The translations under genes were made by a program, and so were the position numbers. Under the pieces are notes generated by a model. The model saw only the letters and a program-made list of their open reading frames with translations, was not told the DNA's origin and ran no database searches. 64,000 nt of DNA, taken from the sequence record PV764603.1, one strand, 5' to 3'. Positions within the stretch are counted from its first letter, which is position 1. Every line of letters starts with the position of its first letter. This document shows, piece by piece, positions 1-9,978 of the stretch.

Positions 1-26
1 AGCTTAAATGGCAGTCAGTTAGCAAG

Positions 27-266
27 ATGGTCAGCTTCGGGCCACACACCCGAGGCATGAGAATACAGCAGGTTGACGAGGCGCGCTATGCGGGCTATGT
101 CGCTGCGATTACGCCAGAGAACGTTGTCCTGATTCATCCCGACGACACCACGCCTGCCACCTATGGTGGTCAACGCGTGAGCATTCATATCCACGCGGGC
201 AATCGGGAGAGTGCTCAGGAGTTCGCGGTAGCTACCCTCAAGGCGCTGGAGAAGGTGAACGCCTAA
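27..266 (+). CDS. hypothetical protein (79 aa)
   Basis: ORF whose stop overlaps the next start (TAATG). Confidence 0.6.
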   Translation: MVSFGPHTRGMRIQQVDEARYAGYVAAITPENVVLIHPDDTTPATYGGQRVSIHIHAGNRESAQEFAVATLKALEKVNA

Positions 267-688
267 TGGACTTTGTGGCTGGTCCGATATTGATGTTTCG
301 CAACACGCACGTGGCGATGATCCATCGCCGCGATAACAACAAGTGGGTGATCCCGGGCGGTAAGCCTGACCACAACGAGTTGCCTGTCATGACAGCGATT
401 CGTGAACTCAAGGAAGAGACGGGCATCGACTTGCTTTCGCTGGGCTATATCAGCATGGATATGCAACCCTGTTGGTTTGCCTCGCCCAAGCTGGGTGTGC
501 CATCCAAGCACACACTCATTCTGTACTACCTGGTACAGGTAGACGAAATGTATCCCATCCACAACATTGAACCTGCCAAGCATCACGATGCACAATGGAT
601 CGACCTCAAGGAACTGGGTCGCTACAACGTGGGCTCACGTGATTTGCAGGCACTCCGTAACGCTCGACTTCTGCAACGAGGACGCTAA
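266..688 (+). CDS. Nudix hydrolase
   Basis: Nudix box GGKPDHNELPVMTAIRELKEETGI. Confidence 0.9.
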   Translation: MDFVAGPILMFRNTHVAMIHRRDNNKWVIPGGKPDHNELPVMTAIRELKEETGIDLLSLGYISMDMQPCWFASPKLGVPSKHTLILYYLVQVDEMYPIHNIEPAKHHDAQWIDLKELGRYNVGSRDLQALRNARLLQRGR

Positions 689-894
689 TGCTTCTTACCC
701 ATAAGCTGGACCCACTGGTATTCCTGACTGGCGCAAATGATCTTGAACATGCTCGACGCATCATTGCAGTTGAAGAAGGGCTCATGCAACGCCCTGACCT
801 CCGGCACCTTACTGTGATCCCCACCAAGGAGCAGCAGGAGGCCCACATCAACCGGACCCTCAAGGAAATGGATGATGAAACGCCAGCAGCGTAA
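688..894 (+). CDS. hypothetical protein (68 aa)
   Basis: translationally coupled ORF (TAATG overlap). Confidence 0.6.
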   Translation: MLLTHKLDPLVFLTGANDLEHARRIIAVEEGLMQRPDLRHLTVIPTKEQQEAHINRTLKEMDDETPAA

Positions 895-1138
895 ACTCCT
901 GTTTGGTGCCCTGTACGTCGTGTGCGTTCTCCTGTTTTCGGTCTTTATCAACCGCACCTACGTGATCGGGAAGAACTTGGACAGCAAGCAGGATGCAATC
1001 AACACGGAATGGTGTGAAGAACGTGGTGGCCACCTAACGTTCCAGCGATACCCGCCACGCACTTTCTGCATGAAGGATGGCGTAGAGGTTGAACCGCAGT
1101 ATCTCAAGTCCGAAGTTTGGATTGGCACTACCCCTTAA
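872..1138 (+). CDS. small membrane-anchored protein
   Basis: N-terminal hydrophobic helix LLFGALYVVCVLLFSVFI, then a domain with two Cys. Confidence 0.65.
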   Translation: MMKRQQRKLLFGALYVVCVLLFSVFINRTYVIGKNLDSKQDAINTEWCEERGGHLTFQRYPPRTFCMKDGVEVEPQYLKSEVWIGTTP

Positions 1139-1155
1139 TACCGCAATCTCAATAG

Positions 1156-1163
1156 TGTAAATA
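1156..1163 (+). promoter_or_regulatory. TGTAAATA promoter-like motif (variant of CTGTAAATA)
   Basis: intergenic, 60 nt upstream of ATG 1223; motif recurs upstream of many genes. Confidence 0.55.
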
Positions 1164-1222
1164 ACCTATGGGTGGTATGCTCCGGCATGCCGCTCATTTT
1201 TCATTTCCCAATCGGAGTTTCC

Positions 1223-2032
1223 ATGTCTCATCAGCAACTCAACGCCAACGTCAATAACCTCGTAGGCAATACCCCGAACGCCCACCCGCTGCTGCGCATC
1301 CTGACCTCGCAAGGTCGGATCATCAAGCAGGAAGCGGAAGAGTTGATGGCCGCTATTCTGGCCAAGGACATTACCGAAGTTCGTGACGGTCTGAGCGACG
1401 TGATCGTTACCACTGACGGCATGTACCATCGTCTCGGCATCGAGGGTGCCGATCTGGAAGAAGTGGCAAAGAGTGCGGCGGACGTTTCTGCCGTATACCC
1501 GATCAAGAGCGCACCTTCCCTGCTGAGTATCGTGCTGGAGCAGATCAACGCTCAGATCAACTTCCTTGCTGTCGTCGGTGGCCTGACCCAGGATCAACTG
1601 GACGGCATGGCATTCAAGAACCACACCTCCACGAAGGAACAGGCCAACGAAGCTTGGATCAAGGATACCATCGCCAGCTGTGATATTCTGCGCCGCTCTG
1701 CCTACCTGTTGTCTTCCATGTTCGGTGTTGACATTGCCGCCGACCAGCAGGCTGTGTACGAATCGAACATGAGCAAGTTCGACACCGACCGCAGTGTGGC
1801 TGAGGAAGGCGTCGGTCGCTACTGGCGTACCGTTGGTGTCGAAGTGGAAATCTTCCCGAACACCATCAACGACGTGGAATACTTTGTCCTCAAGTCGGCC
1901 AAGGATCAGAAGGGCACTGACGGCAAGGACTACCCTGCTGGTAAGTTCCTCAAGTCCAGCAACTTCTTCGAGCCGCGCTTCCAGCCCTTGCCGGAAGACG
2001 CACCCATCTTTGAACTCCTCGCTTCCAAGTAA
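1223..2032 (+). CDS. MazG-like / PRA-PH family (d)NTP pyrophosphohydrolase
   Basis: IKQEAEEL...EVRDGLSDVIV acidic helices and YESNMSKFD motif; start moved to ATG 1223 after a GGAG RBS. Confidence 0.75.
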   Translation: MSHQQLNANVNNLVGNTPNAHPLLRILTSQGRIIKQEAEELMAAILAKDITEVRDGLSDVIVTTDGMYHRLGIEGADLEEVAKSAADVSAVYPIKSAPSLLSIVLEQINAQINFLAVVGGLTQDQLDGMAFKNHTSTKEQANEAWIKDTIASCDILRRSAYLLSSMFGVDIAADQQAVYESNMSKFDTDRSVAEEGVGRYWRTVGVEVEIFPNTINDVEYFVLKSAKDQKGTDGKDYPAGKFLKSSNFFEPRFQPLPEDAPIFELLASK

Positions 2033-2865
2033 TGAAGGCTGTACTGACTGTTTCCAACAATTGCATCGCGGATACCCTCAAGCTCGTCAACCGATGGGCT
2101 GAGGGTCATCCAAAGAAACCGAAAGTCGAATTGATTGGCTTCGGAGAAAAGCTGCGTGACGCAGACGTGCTGTTGCTGCCCGCTTCCTCCATGCTGTATA
2201 GCGCACGGGAGAAGTTGGCCAAGATGAAGTCGGTGGTGATTGTGTTTGACGCCCCGCTCCAGTGCACGATGATCCAACCGGCAACGCATCTGGACATTGA
2301 GTATCAGCGTCCTAGCTACAAGTGTGCGTTCCGTAAGCTGACTCAGGGATTGGTCAGTGAAGAACTGGACAAGGCGTTCGGGGCAAAGTCTGTTGACATT
2401 GAGTGGGAGCGGATTGAAGTCGCTCCGCGTTTGATGAACCAGCAGCTTACCAGCATCCTGAATCCGATCATGACATTCCTGCATTCTGTGCGTGACCCTG
2501 ACAACAGGCAGCACTATCAGAAGCTGGTATATACATGGTTGTTCTCTGACGCTCCTGTCAGTGTGCTGCAATCCAAGATCATGGAAGACGGTAACTACAA
2601 GAAGGTTCCCGCCGCACTTGCCAAGCTGGTCGAAGCTATGACGCCAATGGACAAGGCACGCGAGGCATTCCGCGAAGTCCTGAGCAGGACGGAAGCGGGT
2701 AAGGCGGTGAGCTACAAGAAGTTGAGTGCGAAGTACGGAGTGGCTGTGTTTGACCTCCGGTATACGATGAGTGTTGTCCGCAAACTTGGCAAGTATCATG
2801 TGGTTCAAAAGACGGTCAAAGAACTGTATGACACCCGCCAGAAAGAGAAGCGGTTGAAGGAATGA
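2032..2865 (+). CDS. hypothetical protein (277 aa)
   Basis: long coupled ORF; no family recognised. Confidence 0.7.
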   Translation: MKAVLTVSNNCIADTLKLVNRWAEGHPKKPKVELIGFGEKLRDADVLLLPASSMLYSAREKLAKMKSVVIVFDAPLQCTMIQPATHLDIEYQRPSYKCAFRKLTQGLVSEELDKAFGAKSVDIEWERIEVAPRLMNQQLTSILNPIMTFLHSVRDPDNRQHYQKLVYTWLFSDAPVSVLQSKIMEDGNYKKVPAALAKLVEAMTPMDKAREAFREVLSRTEAGKAVSYKKLSAKYGVAVFDLRYTMSVVRKLGKYHVVQKTVKELYDTRQKEKRLKE

Positions 2866-2925
2866 AATTTTGCAATTTCATCTTGCCCCTCTGAGGGCAT
2901 TCCCAAACTCATCGGACTACTGACC

Positions 2926-3267
2926 ATGAAAGAAATCTCCATTGAATCACTTGACCATCTGGATGAAGTGGTCGCCAGCAACCCGCTGGTGATCGCCAAG
3001 TTCGGTAAGGACAACTGCCCCGGCTGCAACGCTCTGGATATTACATTGCAGAACATGCGTAGCAAGGCGGAGTACACTGAGGTGGTTGTTGCTAACGTCA
3101 AGTTGGAGAAGATCGGCCGTGATGAATTCATCACTGTAGCACGTGCAGCCCCTACCACTCTGCTGTATCGGTATGGGGACGAAGTGTACCGCCTCAACAG
3201 CTTTACTGGCGCGGTGCCTTTCATCAGTGCAGTTGACCAGCATCTGCTGTCCAGCTGTGAAGCGTAA
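2926..3267 (+). CDS. thioredoxin
   Basis: KFGKDNCPGC CxxC motif; directly upstream of nrdA. Confidence 0.85.
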   Translation: MKEISIESLDHLDEVVASNPLVIAKFGKDNCPGCNALDITLQNMRSKAEYTEVVVANVKLEKIGRDEFITVARAAPTTLLYRYGDEVYRLNSFTGAVPFISAVDQHLLSSCEA

Positions 3268-3342
3268 GTGAATTAAATCCAACTAATAGACCAAGGGCGT
3301 ACAGGGCTTACACCCAACTACGTCGGCGGTTGCAGGTGAACC

Positions 3343-5859
3343 ATGATTAAGACGATTATCAAGCGGGACGGGCGAGTAGAAGATTTTAGCCCGGAGAAGA
3401 TCAATGGATGGGGCGTGTGGGCAGCGCAATCCCTAGGCGGTTACGTAGATTGGTCCGGCGTTGTGATGACTGCTGTGGCGGGTCTGCCTGAATACTGCGA
3501 TAGTGAGAAGCTGCAACTGGCGCTCATCCAAGCCTGTCTGGACCAAGCGGATTGGGCACACAATCGTATGGCGGGACGTCTCTACACCGCACTGCGCCGC
3601 AAGCAACTGTTCGACGGTAAGGTTCCGACCTACCGCGAACTGCAAGAGCGTATGGCTGAACACCTCGGTGATGTGGTCGAACGTTATGACTACACCGATG
3701 CTGATTGGGAAAAGATCGAGGGCATGATTGACCATGACCGAGACTTTGGCTATGCGTACTTCCAGACGGATCACATCCGCAGGAAGTATTCGCTGCGCGA
3801 CCGCGTTGCAGGTAAGGAGTACGAAACTCCGCAGTTCACCTTTATGCGCATGGCGAGTTCGCTTGCGCACGATGAACCCAAGGCAACTCGCCTTGAGCAC
3901 ACCCGGAAGTGGTACGACCACTTCTCGTACAACCGCATCAACGCTCCGACCCCTAATTGGGTCAACCTCGGTACGTCGCATCGTGGTTACGCGTCGTGCT
4001 GTCTGTATACCACGCTGGACACGGAACCCTCGTTGGAAGTGGGCGACCATATCGCGCGCGCCATGACGGCGCAGAGTGCAGGCATCGGCGGCATCATCCA
4101 GAGCCGGAGCCTGAGCGACAAGGTGCGTGGTGGTTTGATCGAGCATCAGGGTAAGCTGCCCTACTACACTGCACTGGCTGGCGCTGTGAAGTCCAGCTTG
4201 CAGAACGGTCGCGGTGGTGCGTGCACTACTTACTTCTCGGTCTACGACCCTGAGATTGAAGTGCTGATTCGCCTCAAGCACCCGCTTACCCCGGAAGAGA
4301 AACAGAACCTTGACATTGACTACAACGTCATCTTCAATCGGTTCTTCGTGCGTCAAGCTGCGCTGAATAAGCAGGTGTTCCTGTTCAACATCAAGTCGGC
4401 TCCTGATCTGTGGGAGGCGCAGTTCCAAGGTAACCCCGAATTGTTCGAGTCCCTGTACGCCAAGTACGAGGCCGACGATTCGTTCGTCAAGAAGTACGTC
4501 AGCGCTCGTAAGCTGGCGGTGAATGTCATCAACGTTGGCCTAGAGACGGGTCGCCTGTACCTGTTCAACAGCGACGAGGTGAACATCCACACTCCGTTCA
4601 ACGACTCCATCTACAGCAGCAACCTGTGCGCTGAAATCACTGAACCGACCTACGGTTACGAGTCGATGCCTGACCTGTATACCGACGGCCCGGTTGGATA
4701 CATTGAGGTAGAGGTTGTTGGAGCGGGAGACACCAAGACTACCCAAAAGCTGTCGGCACCTAGCAAGGTCAAGGTGCAGCGTGATGGTGTGGACCGAGTG
4801 ATCGCTGCTCAGGAATTGAAGGAAGGGGACGTTATCACCGTCGGGCAGCCGCTGGAGAAGCTAACTGCTCCGGGCAAGGTAACTAACCTGACGTACTACG
4901 ATGCACAGACGGTTGAGCGTATTATCAAGCTCAAGAAAGAACCGGAAGTCGCAATGTGCTCGCTGGCTGCGCTGTGCGTGCACAACATCCATTCCCAGGA
5001 AGAGTACGAGGACGCTGCTTACTACGCCCTCAAGATGATCGACAAGGCTATCCACCTGTCGGATCATCCGCTGCCTCACGTTGCATGGAGCAGCCGTCAA
5101 CGCCTGTCTGCTGGCGTTGGTATGACGGGTGTTGCGTACTACATGGCTCGCAAGAAGCTCAAGTTCAACTCGCCGGAAGGTATGCGTGAACTGCATCGAC
5201 TGGCCGAGCGTCACATGTATGCCCTCATCAAGGCTTCGCTGCGCCTCGGTAAGGAACTCGGAAACGCACCGTGGATGCACCGTACCAAGTGGCCGCAGGG
5301 TTGGATGCCCATCGACACCTACAACCATCGGATCGATGAGTACGCTGACTTCCCGCTGGAACAGGATTGGGAAAGCCTGCGTGCAGAAGTGATTGCCAAT
5401 GGTGGTATTCGCCACTCGGTCGTGTGCGCGCACATGCCTGTGGAGAGTTCCTCGAAAGCTTCCGGTGGTCCCAACTCGCTGTACCCTGTTCGTGGGCTTG
5501 ACCTGTCCAAGACGGATCGTGGTTCGGCACTTGAGTGGGTGGCAAACGATGACGTGAAGCTGCGTCGTCACTACCAGCTGGCGTGGGATATTCCCATGTC
5601 GGATATGGTCAAGGTGTACGGCATCTTCCAGAAGTTCTGCGATCAGGCCATCAGTGCTGATATGTGGCTCAAGCTGGAGGCAGACGCATCCATTACGGAT
5701 CGTGATCTGCTGCAACACATGATTGATATGACTCGCTACGGCATGAAGACTCGGTACTACTTCAACAGCATGACCTCCATCGTTGGTGACGACGGCGAAG
5801 TTACGCTGGTCGAAACCGAAAAAGAGAACGCCTGCACCAGCGGCGCGTGCGACGTTTAA
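3343..5859 (+). CDS. nrdA: class Ia ribonucleotide reductase alpha subunit with N-terminal ATP cone and an internal insertion
   Basis: IIKRDG ATP cone, ASCCL, SSNLCAEI (Asn/Cys/Glu active site), TRYYFNS, C-terminal CTSGAC. Confidence 0.97.
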   Translation: MIKTIIKRDGRVEDFSPEKINGWGVWAAQSLGGYVDWSGVVMTAVAGLPEYCDSEKLQLALIQACLDQADWAHNRMAGRLYTALRRKQLFDGKVPTYRELQERMAEHLGDVVERYDYTDADWEKIEGMIDHDRDFGYAYFQTDHIRRKYSLRDRVAGKEYETPQFTFMRMASSLAHDEPKATRLEHTRKWYDHFSYNRINAPTPNWVNLGTSHRGYASCCLYTTLDTEPSLEVGDHIARAMTAQSAGIGGIIQSRSLSDKVRGGLIEHQGKLPYYTALAGAVKSSLQNGRGGACTTYFSVYDPEIEVLIRLKHPLTPEEKQNLDIDYNVIFNRFFVRQAALNKQVFLFNIKSAPDLWEAQFQGNPELFESLYAKYEADDSFVKKYVSARKLAVNVINVGLETGRLYLFNSDEVNIHTPFNDSIYSSNLCAEITEPTYGYESMPDLYTDGPVGYIEVEVVGAGDTKTTQKLSAPSKVKVQRDGVDRVIAAQELKEGDVITVGQPLEKLTAPGKVTNLTYYDAQTVERIIKLKKEPEVAMCSLAALCVHNIHSQEEYEDAAYYALKMIDKAIHLSDHPLPHVAWSSRQRLSAGVGMTGVAYYMARKKLKFNSPEGMRELHRLAERHMYALIKASLRLGKELGNAPWMHRTKWPQGWMPIDTYNHRIDEYADFPLEQDWESLRAEVIANGGIRHSVVCAHMPVESSSKASGGPNSLYPVRGLDLSKTDRGSALEWVANDDVKLRRHYQLAWDIPMSDMVKVYGIFQKFCDQAISADMWLKLEADASITDRDLLQHMIDMTRYGMKTRYYFNSMTSIVGDDGEVTLVETEKENACTSGACDV

Positions 5860-5866
5860 GGAGAAC

Positions 5867-7000
5867 ATGATGAGTACCGAAATCAATCAGTCCGTTGCTG
5901 GCAGCAAGATTTTCAACTTCTCCAAAGTTGATTACGCAGAGAAGACCAGTATCTTCAAAGGTCAGGACGCTGGCCTGTTCGACACGCTGCACAAGAAGCA
6001 CCCGACCCTGCAAAAGCTGTTCGTCCACCTGCGCAGTATCGACTGGAAGGAAACGGAGTTTGAGTTCCTTCCCTGCAACGCAGAGTTCAAGCGTTACCCA
6101 CGTCGCCTGTCCAACATGATGAAGGATACGCTGGCGTGGCAGTGGGAAGCGGATAGCGTCGCAGCCAAGATGGCGTTCGCAGTGCTGGCACCGTTCATCA
6201 CGGACTCCACCGCCGCGCGTCTGCTTGGTCGCATTCTCGACAACGAGCACCTGCACGCTGCTACCTACTCGGAGATCGTCAACTTCTCGTTCGATGATCC
6301 CACCGAAGTGATGCAGAGCGTGGTCGATAACATGGAAGCCATGCGCCGCTTGACCACTATCACTAACGTGATGGAAGAAAGCTACGTGGTCAGCCACAAG
6401 GTTGCCCTTGGCATGATCGACCGCAACTCGGATGAGGCTTACGATGCTGCCATGATGTTTATGGCCGCGATGCTGGCGATGGAACGAATTGCGTTCATGA
6501 GTTCGTTCGTCATCACCTTCGCGTTTGGTAAGGCGGGCATGTTCGTCCCCATCGCTACGGCGGTGCAGAAGATTTGTCAGGATGAGCATGAAGTACATGT
6601 CCAGTTTGACAAGTACGTCATCAAGCATGAACTGTCCCTGCCGTGTGGTCAGGCTTTCATGCAGCGTTGCGGGCACAAGGTTCAGGCCCTGCTGGACGAG
6701 GCAGTAGAAAGTGAAATGAGTTGGATCGCCTACACTGGCATTGATGAAGATCCGATCGTTGGTGTCAACGGTGACAACCTGCGCAGTCAGGTGCGTTACT
6801 TTGCGGGCGATGCTTACGCGACGTTTGGCCTCAAGCCTGACTTCGTTGTTCCCCGCAAGATGCCGATGCCGTGGCTAATCAAGTGGCTCAACATGGGCAA
6901 GACTCAGAAGGCATTGCAGGAAGAGAAGAACGGCCAGTACAAGGTCAACATGCTTCGCTTCGTGATGCCCGAGGACGAAATCATCGCCGTAGATTTCTAA
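5867..7000 (+). CDS. nrdB: class Ia ribonucleotide reductase beta subunit
   Basis: EADS, NEHLHAATY (radical Tyr), MERIAF, DEHEVH metal ligands; start at ATG 5867 after AAGGAG. Confidence 0.96.
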   Translation: MMSTEINQSVAGSKIFNFSKVDYAEKTSIFKGQDAGLFDTLHKKHPTLQKLFVHLRSIDWKETEFEFLPCNAEFKRYPRRLSNMMKDTLAWQWEADSVAAKMAFAVLAPFITDSTAARLLGRILDNEHLHAATYSEIVNFSFDDPTEVMQSVVDNMEAMRRLTTITNVMEESYVVSHKVALGMIDRNSDEAYDAAMMFMAAMLAMERIAFMSSFVITFAFGKAGMFVPIATAVQKICQDEHEVHVQFDKYVIKHELSLPCGQAFMQRCGHKVQALLDEAVESEMSWIAYTGIDEDPIVGVNGDNLRSQVRYFAGDAYATFGLKPDFVVPRKMPMPWLIKWLNMGKTQKALQEEKNGQYKVNMLRFVMPEDEIIAVDF

Positions 7001-7026
7001 TGGAAACCCGGCCAAGGATGGCCTTC

Positions 7027-7035
7027 CTGTAAATA
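7027..7035 (+). promoter_or_regulatory. CTGTAAATA promoter-like motif
   Basis: intergenic, about 25 nt upstream of the primase start. Confidence 0.6.
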
Positions 7036-7057
7036 CTATGCGAGTACGTTTGGAGAG

Positions 7058-8092
7058 TTGACGATGGCGAAGCCATTGAAGGAACAGGACACACCGAATT
7101 CGGTTGCAGCAGAAGTCATCATGCGCAATTTGCCGAAGGTGCCTGGGCCTAAGAAATATCAGAGCAAGGGTACGATCAACATTTGGTGTCCGTTCCACGG
7201 TGACCCGAATGAACGCATGGTAGGCAACCCCTCCTTCATGCTCAACCTTGCTGCTGGCGAAAGATTCCCTGTCGGATTTGGTCATTGCTTCTCTTGCGGC
7301 AAGACTAAGAACTGGAATGACATTGCAGCAAAGTATGGACTAGAGAGATATGGCGAAGGCGATGACGCTGACATTTGGGCAGTGAAGCCGGACTTCGACA
7401 AGCTCAGTGATCGCATGTTCGCGGAAGATGATGGCGAATCTCTTGACCACCTGTGTCCTCAAATGCGAATCCCTTTCCACCTCGGGTGGCAGAAGGGTAT
7501 CAAGTGGCGCGGCATCAAGTCGAAGACATTGATAAGCATCGGGGCGCACTATGGTCTTGACGAAGAGACCGAAGATCAGGCGGTGATCCTGCCAGTCAAT
7601 GTGCAGGGAGATTTGGTCGGGGCAGTCAAGGCGCGGTGGAAGCCGCAGGACGGCAGCCCTAGCTATATCAACAGCCCCGGCAAATGGACAAAGCGTAAGG
7701 GCCTGTTCCTGCTGGATGAGTCGCTGGAACTCGGCGATGGGGCAACGATTATTTTGGGAGAAGGTCCACGCGATGGCCTGCGGTTGTACCAAGATGGTCT
7801 TCCCGGCGTAAGTATTCTAGGCGTCACCAACTGGACGAAGCAGAAGCGCGATCTGCTGCTGGAAGCTGGGGTTGAACGTATCATCCTGTGTATGGATGGT
7901 GACAAGGCTGGTAACGAGGCGATCAAGAAGATCAAGCCTGACCTGATCGGGTACTTTGACGTGTACGTGTTCAACCTCAACAAGTGGCGCAAGAGGTTGA
8001 AGTGGAAGAAGATGGACCCAGGCAACATGCCAGAGGAAGTCCTAGAACGCCTGCGCAAGATGTATGAGCGGGTATCAGAAAGTGATGAGTGA
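7058..8092 (+). CDS. DNA primase (Zn ribbon + Toprim, no helicase)
   Basis: WCPFH...CFSC zinc-binding domain; ILGEGPRDG and ILCMDGDKAG Toprim motifs. Confidence 0.88.
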   Translation: MTMAKPLKEQDTPNSVAAEVIMRNLPKVPGPKKYQSKGTINIWCPFHGDPNERMVGNPSFMLNLAAGERFPVGFGHCFSCGKTKNWNDIAAKYGLERYGEGDDADIWAVKPDFDKLSDRMFAEDDGESLDHLCPQMRIPFHLGWQKGIKWRGIKSKTLISIGAHYGLDEETEDQAVILPVNVQGDLVGAVKARWKPQDGSPSYINSPGKWTKRKGLFLLDESLELGDGATIILGEGPRDGLRLYQDGLPGVSILGVTNWTKQKRDLLLEAGVERIILCMDGDKAGNEAIKKIKPDLIGYFDVYVFNLNKWRKRLKWKKMDPGNMPEEVLERLRKMYERVSESDE

Positions 8093-8099
8093 TACGAAT

Positions 8100-8125
8100 A
8101 AAGGGCCTTCGGGCCCTTTCTTTTT
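8100..8125 (+). terminator. intrinsic terminator
   Basis: AAAGGGCC-TTCG-GGCCCTTT followed by CTTTTT. Confidence 0.9.
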
Positions 8126-8262
8126 GCCCAAAATAGGGGCTCCAACAAGCCACTTTGGTGCAACGGGAGGGCCTGTAGACGCAAGGATTTGAGCCCAAAT
8201 TTCAGGGTACGTGGTAGGGGTGCTGTCAAGCAAACTTGGCAGAAAATTGCCGGATTCCGAGC

Positions 8263-8290
8263 AAAAGAAAAGGCGCCTAGGCGCCTTTTC
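8263..8290 (-). terminator. intrinsic terminator (24-bp perfect palindrome)
   Basis: GAAAAGGCGCCTAGGCGCCTTTTC at 8267-8290 with a U-tract on the minus strand. Confidence 0.8.
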
Positions 8291-8303
8291 TCGTTTCTGG
8301 GAT

Positions 8304-9257
8304 TTAGTCGTTCAGGAGGGCAGACTCCCAACGCCACTTCGGATCGGTCAGGCCGTTGTGGTAATCACTCAATGCCAAGATGCCAAGGTCAGGGCACTCG
8401 ACTTTGAGAATACCAGCCTCCGGGAACACCTTGACCAACTCGTAGTGTTCGTTGTTCTCCATGCAGGCCATGCGATAGTAGCCCGGCACCACTGGACAGC
8501 CAAGGGCTGCGATACGATCCCTCAAAGCGTTCTCCTTCTTCCGGTGAGCGACAACCATTGCTTCGAGTTCGTCATGCAACCTACGCACTTGCTGTTCCAA
8601 CTCAGCAACCTGCTCGTCGGGTGACTTGACCGTGGGGTCTTGTCGTGTAGCGCCGCCCATGCGTGCGATCAGAGCCGACCATGTGTTGTCACCAAGCTTG
8701 TAGAAGTTGGGGTCACCACTGTCTTTCAACGTGATCCCATACTCGATGAACGGTGCTGGGTAGGACGTGTAGGAAACCACGTTCGGCCCATTGCATCCCG
8801 CCCTACCAAGCGTCTGTGCCACTGTGCGATCCTTAGTGGGCTGGCCACCTACGAACAGGATGACGCGAAGGAAGGGAAGCCGGAAGCCGGTGGCCATGTC
8901 CGGATGGACAAGTACGATCTGCTTGCGCAGTGCTGCCTCACGGTCTGCCTTGGTGGCAGTTGCACGCAGCAAGCCTACGCTAGGAGCCCGGCAGTGAGCA
9001 CCTTCTAGTGGACCAACCTCGTTGGAAATATGGTGACGCAGCGACGCAGCAAGCTCCTGTATGTAACGCCCGTGCATGCGGCACACAATCATCACTTGAG
9101 GGTTGTCGTTCCACGTCCAGAAGTTAGTGCCTTCTTCTTCGGCAGCCTTGGTCAGCAGGTTGATAATCCGTGCGGCCTCCCTGCGCGAAAGCAGGCCATC
9201 CATATTAGAGTCATTCGGGAACGCATAGTTACGATCATCGCGGTAGAGCCTGCTCAT
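8304..9257 (-). CDS. hypothetical protein (317 aa) with a coiled-coil segment
   Basis: long ORF with RBS; QVAELEQQVRRLHDELEA coiled coil. Confidence 0.75.
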   Translation of the reverse strand: MSRLYRDDRNYAFPNDSNMDGLLSRREAARIINLLTKAAEEEGTNFWTWNDNPQVMIVCRMHGRYIQELAASLRHHISNEVGPLEGAHCRAPSVGLLRATATKADREAALRKQIVLVHPDMATGFRLPFLRVILFVGGQPTKDRTVAQTLGRAGCNGPNVVSYTSYPAPFIEYGITLKDSGDPNFYKLGDNTWSALIARMGGATRQDPTVKSPDEQVAELEQQVRRLHDELEAMVVAHRKKENALRDRIAALGCPVVPGYYRMACMENNEHYELVKVFPEAGILKVECPDLGILALSDYHNGLTDPKWRWESALLND

Positions 9258-9733
9258 TCCTTTACCTCATATCCGTAGTAGGGGCTTTCAACCCACTTGC
9301 CATTCTTGTACCACCCGTCCTCTTCAAGCTCTGCGTAAGCACGCTCGGGCCCTGCGATGAAGGTGACACTACCTTCGGAGTAGCCTCCATCAAGCTTGCC
9401 CCACAAGCATTCATGAGTGATGCCCCGATCGTTGTAGATCGAACCCTTAAAGAACAGGGGTTGGGGTGAGAGGCTGATCCAGTAGAGCGGAGTTTTGTCG
9501 CAGTCGCGTCCGCAGTGGACAACGAATGCGCGCACACCCGAACTCAGTTCTACCAAGGAGCCAAGCTCGATGGCGTGCTCCAGCTTTGAGTTGCGCTCCT
9601 TTGAAGTCAGCCCATCGTCGTCTTCAATGTCGGACACGTTGATGAGATAGCCACCACCTTGAAGTCGGGATACACCTTGAGAGCGGACGCGCAAGTCATC
9701 ACCGAGAACGACAGTATGAGGCTTCGCGCTCAT
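9254..9733 (-). CDS. hypothetical protein (159 aa)
   Basis: coupled ORF (ATGA overlaps). Confidence 0.7.
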   Translation of the reverse strand: MSAKPHTVVLGDDLRVRSQGVSRLQGGGYLINVSDIEDDDGLTSKERNSKLEHAIELGSLVELSSGVRAFVVHCGRDCDKTPLYWISLSPQPLFFKGSIYNDRGITHECLWGKLDGGYSEGSVTFIAGPERAYAELEEDGWYKNGKWVESPYYGYEVKE

Positions 9734-9966
9734 TCGTCTTCCCCTTCATCCCCGTCAACGGTGTCCGAGCAGTCGTCGCAGACACCAAAGTTGGTGTCGA
9801 ACTCAGCTTGCGTAATCGGATCACCGCAGTCGGCGCAGTGCTCGTTGTCATCAAGCTCGTCATCCGTGGAGTAGGGATCGTCCAAGCAGGCGTCGCACAA
9901 TCCGGCCTGATCTTCGTAGTCCATCCCGTCTACTTCGATACCGCAGCTATCACACGGCTTGTTCAT
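9730..9966 (-). CDS. small acidic protein with four CxxC motifs (tandem Zn ribbons)
   Basis: CDSC...CDAC...CADC...CDDC; GAGGA RBS before ATG 9966. Confidence 0.65.
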   Translation of the reverse strand: MNKPCDSCGIEVDGMDYEDQAGLCDACLDDPYSTDDELDDNEHCADCGDPITQAEFDTNFGVCDDCSDTVDGDEGEDE

Positions 9967-9978
9967 GGCGTTCCTCAA

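Noticed and set aside
2032-2865. Possible clamp-loader or HTH regulator assignment
   Set aside because: No Walker motifs and only a vague helical C-terminus; left as hypothetical
4688-4945. Functional intein in nrdA
   Set aside because: No Cys/Ser-1 block A, no terminal His-Asn, no endonuclease; kept only as a possible remnant
3433-6676. Long minus-strand ORFs opposite nrdA/nrdB (and similar ones at 46671-47549, 50802-52448, 55291-56454)
   Set aside because: Antisense shadows caused by strong GC3 codon bias of the real genes
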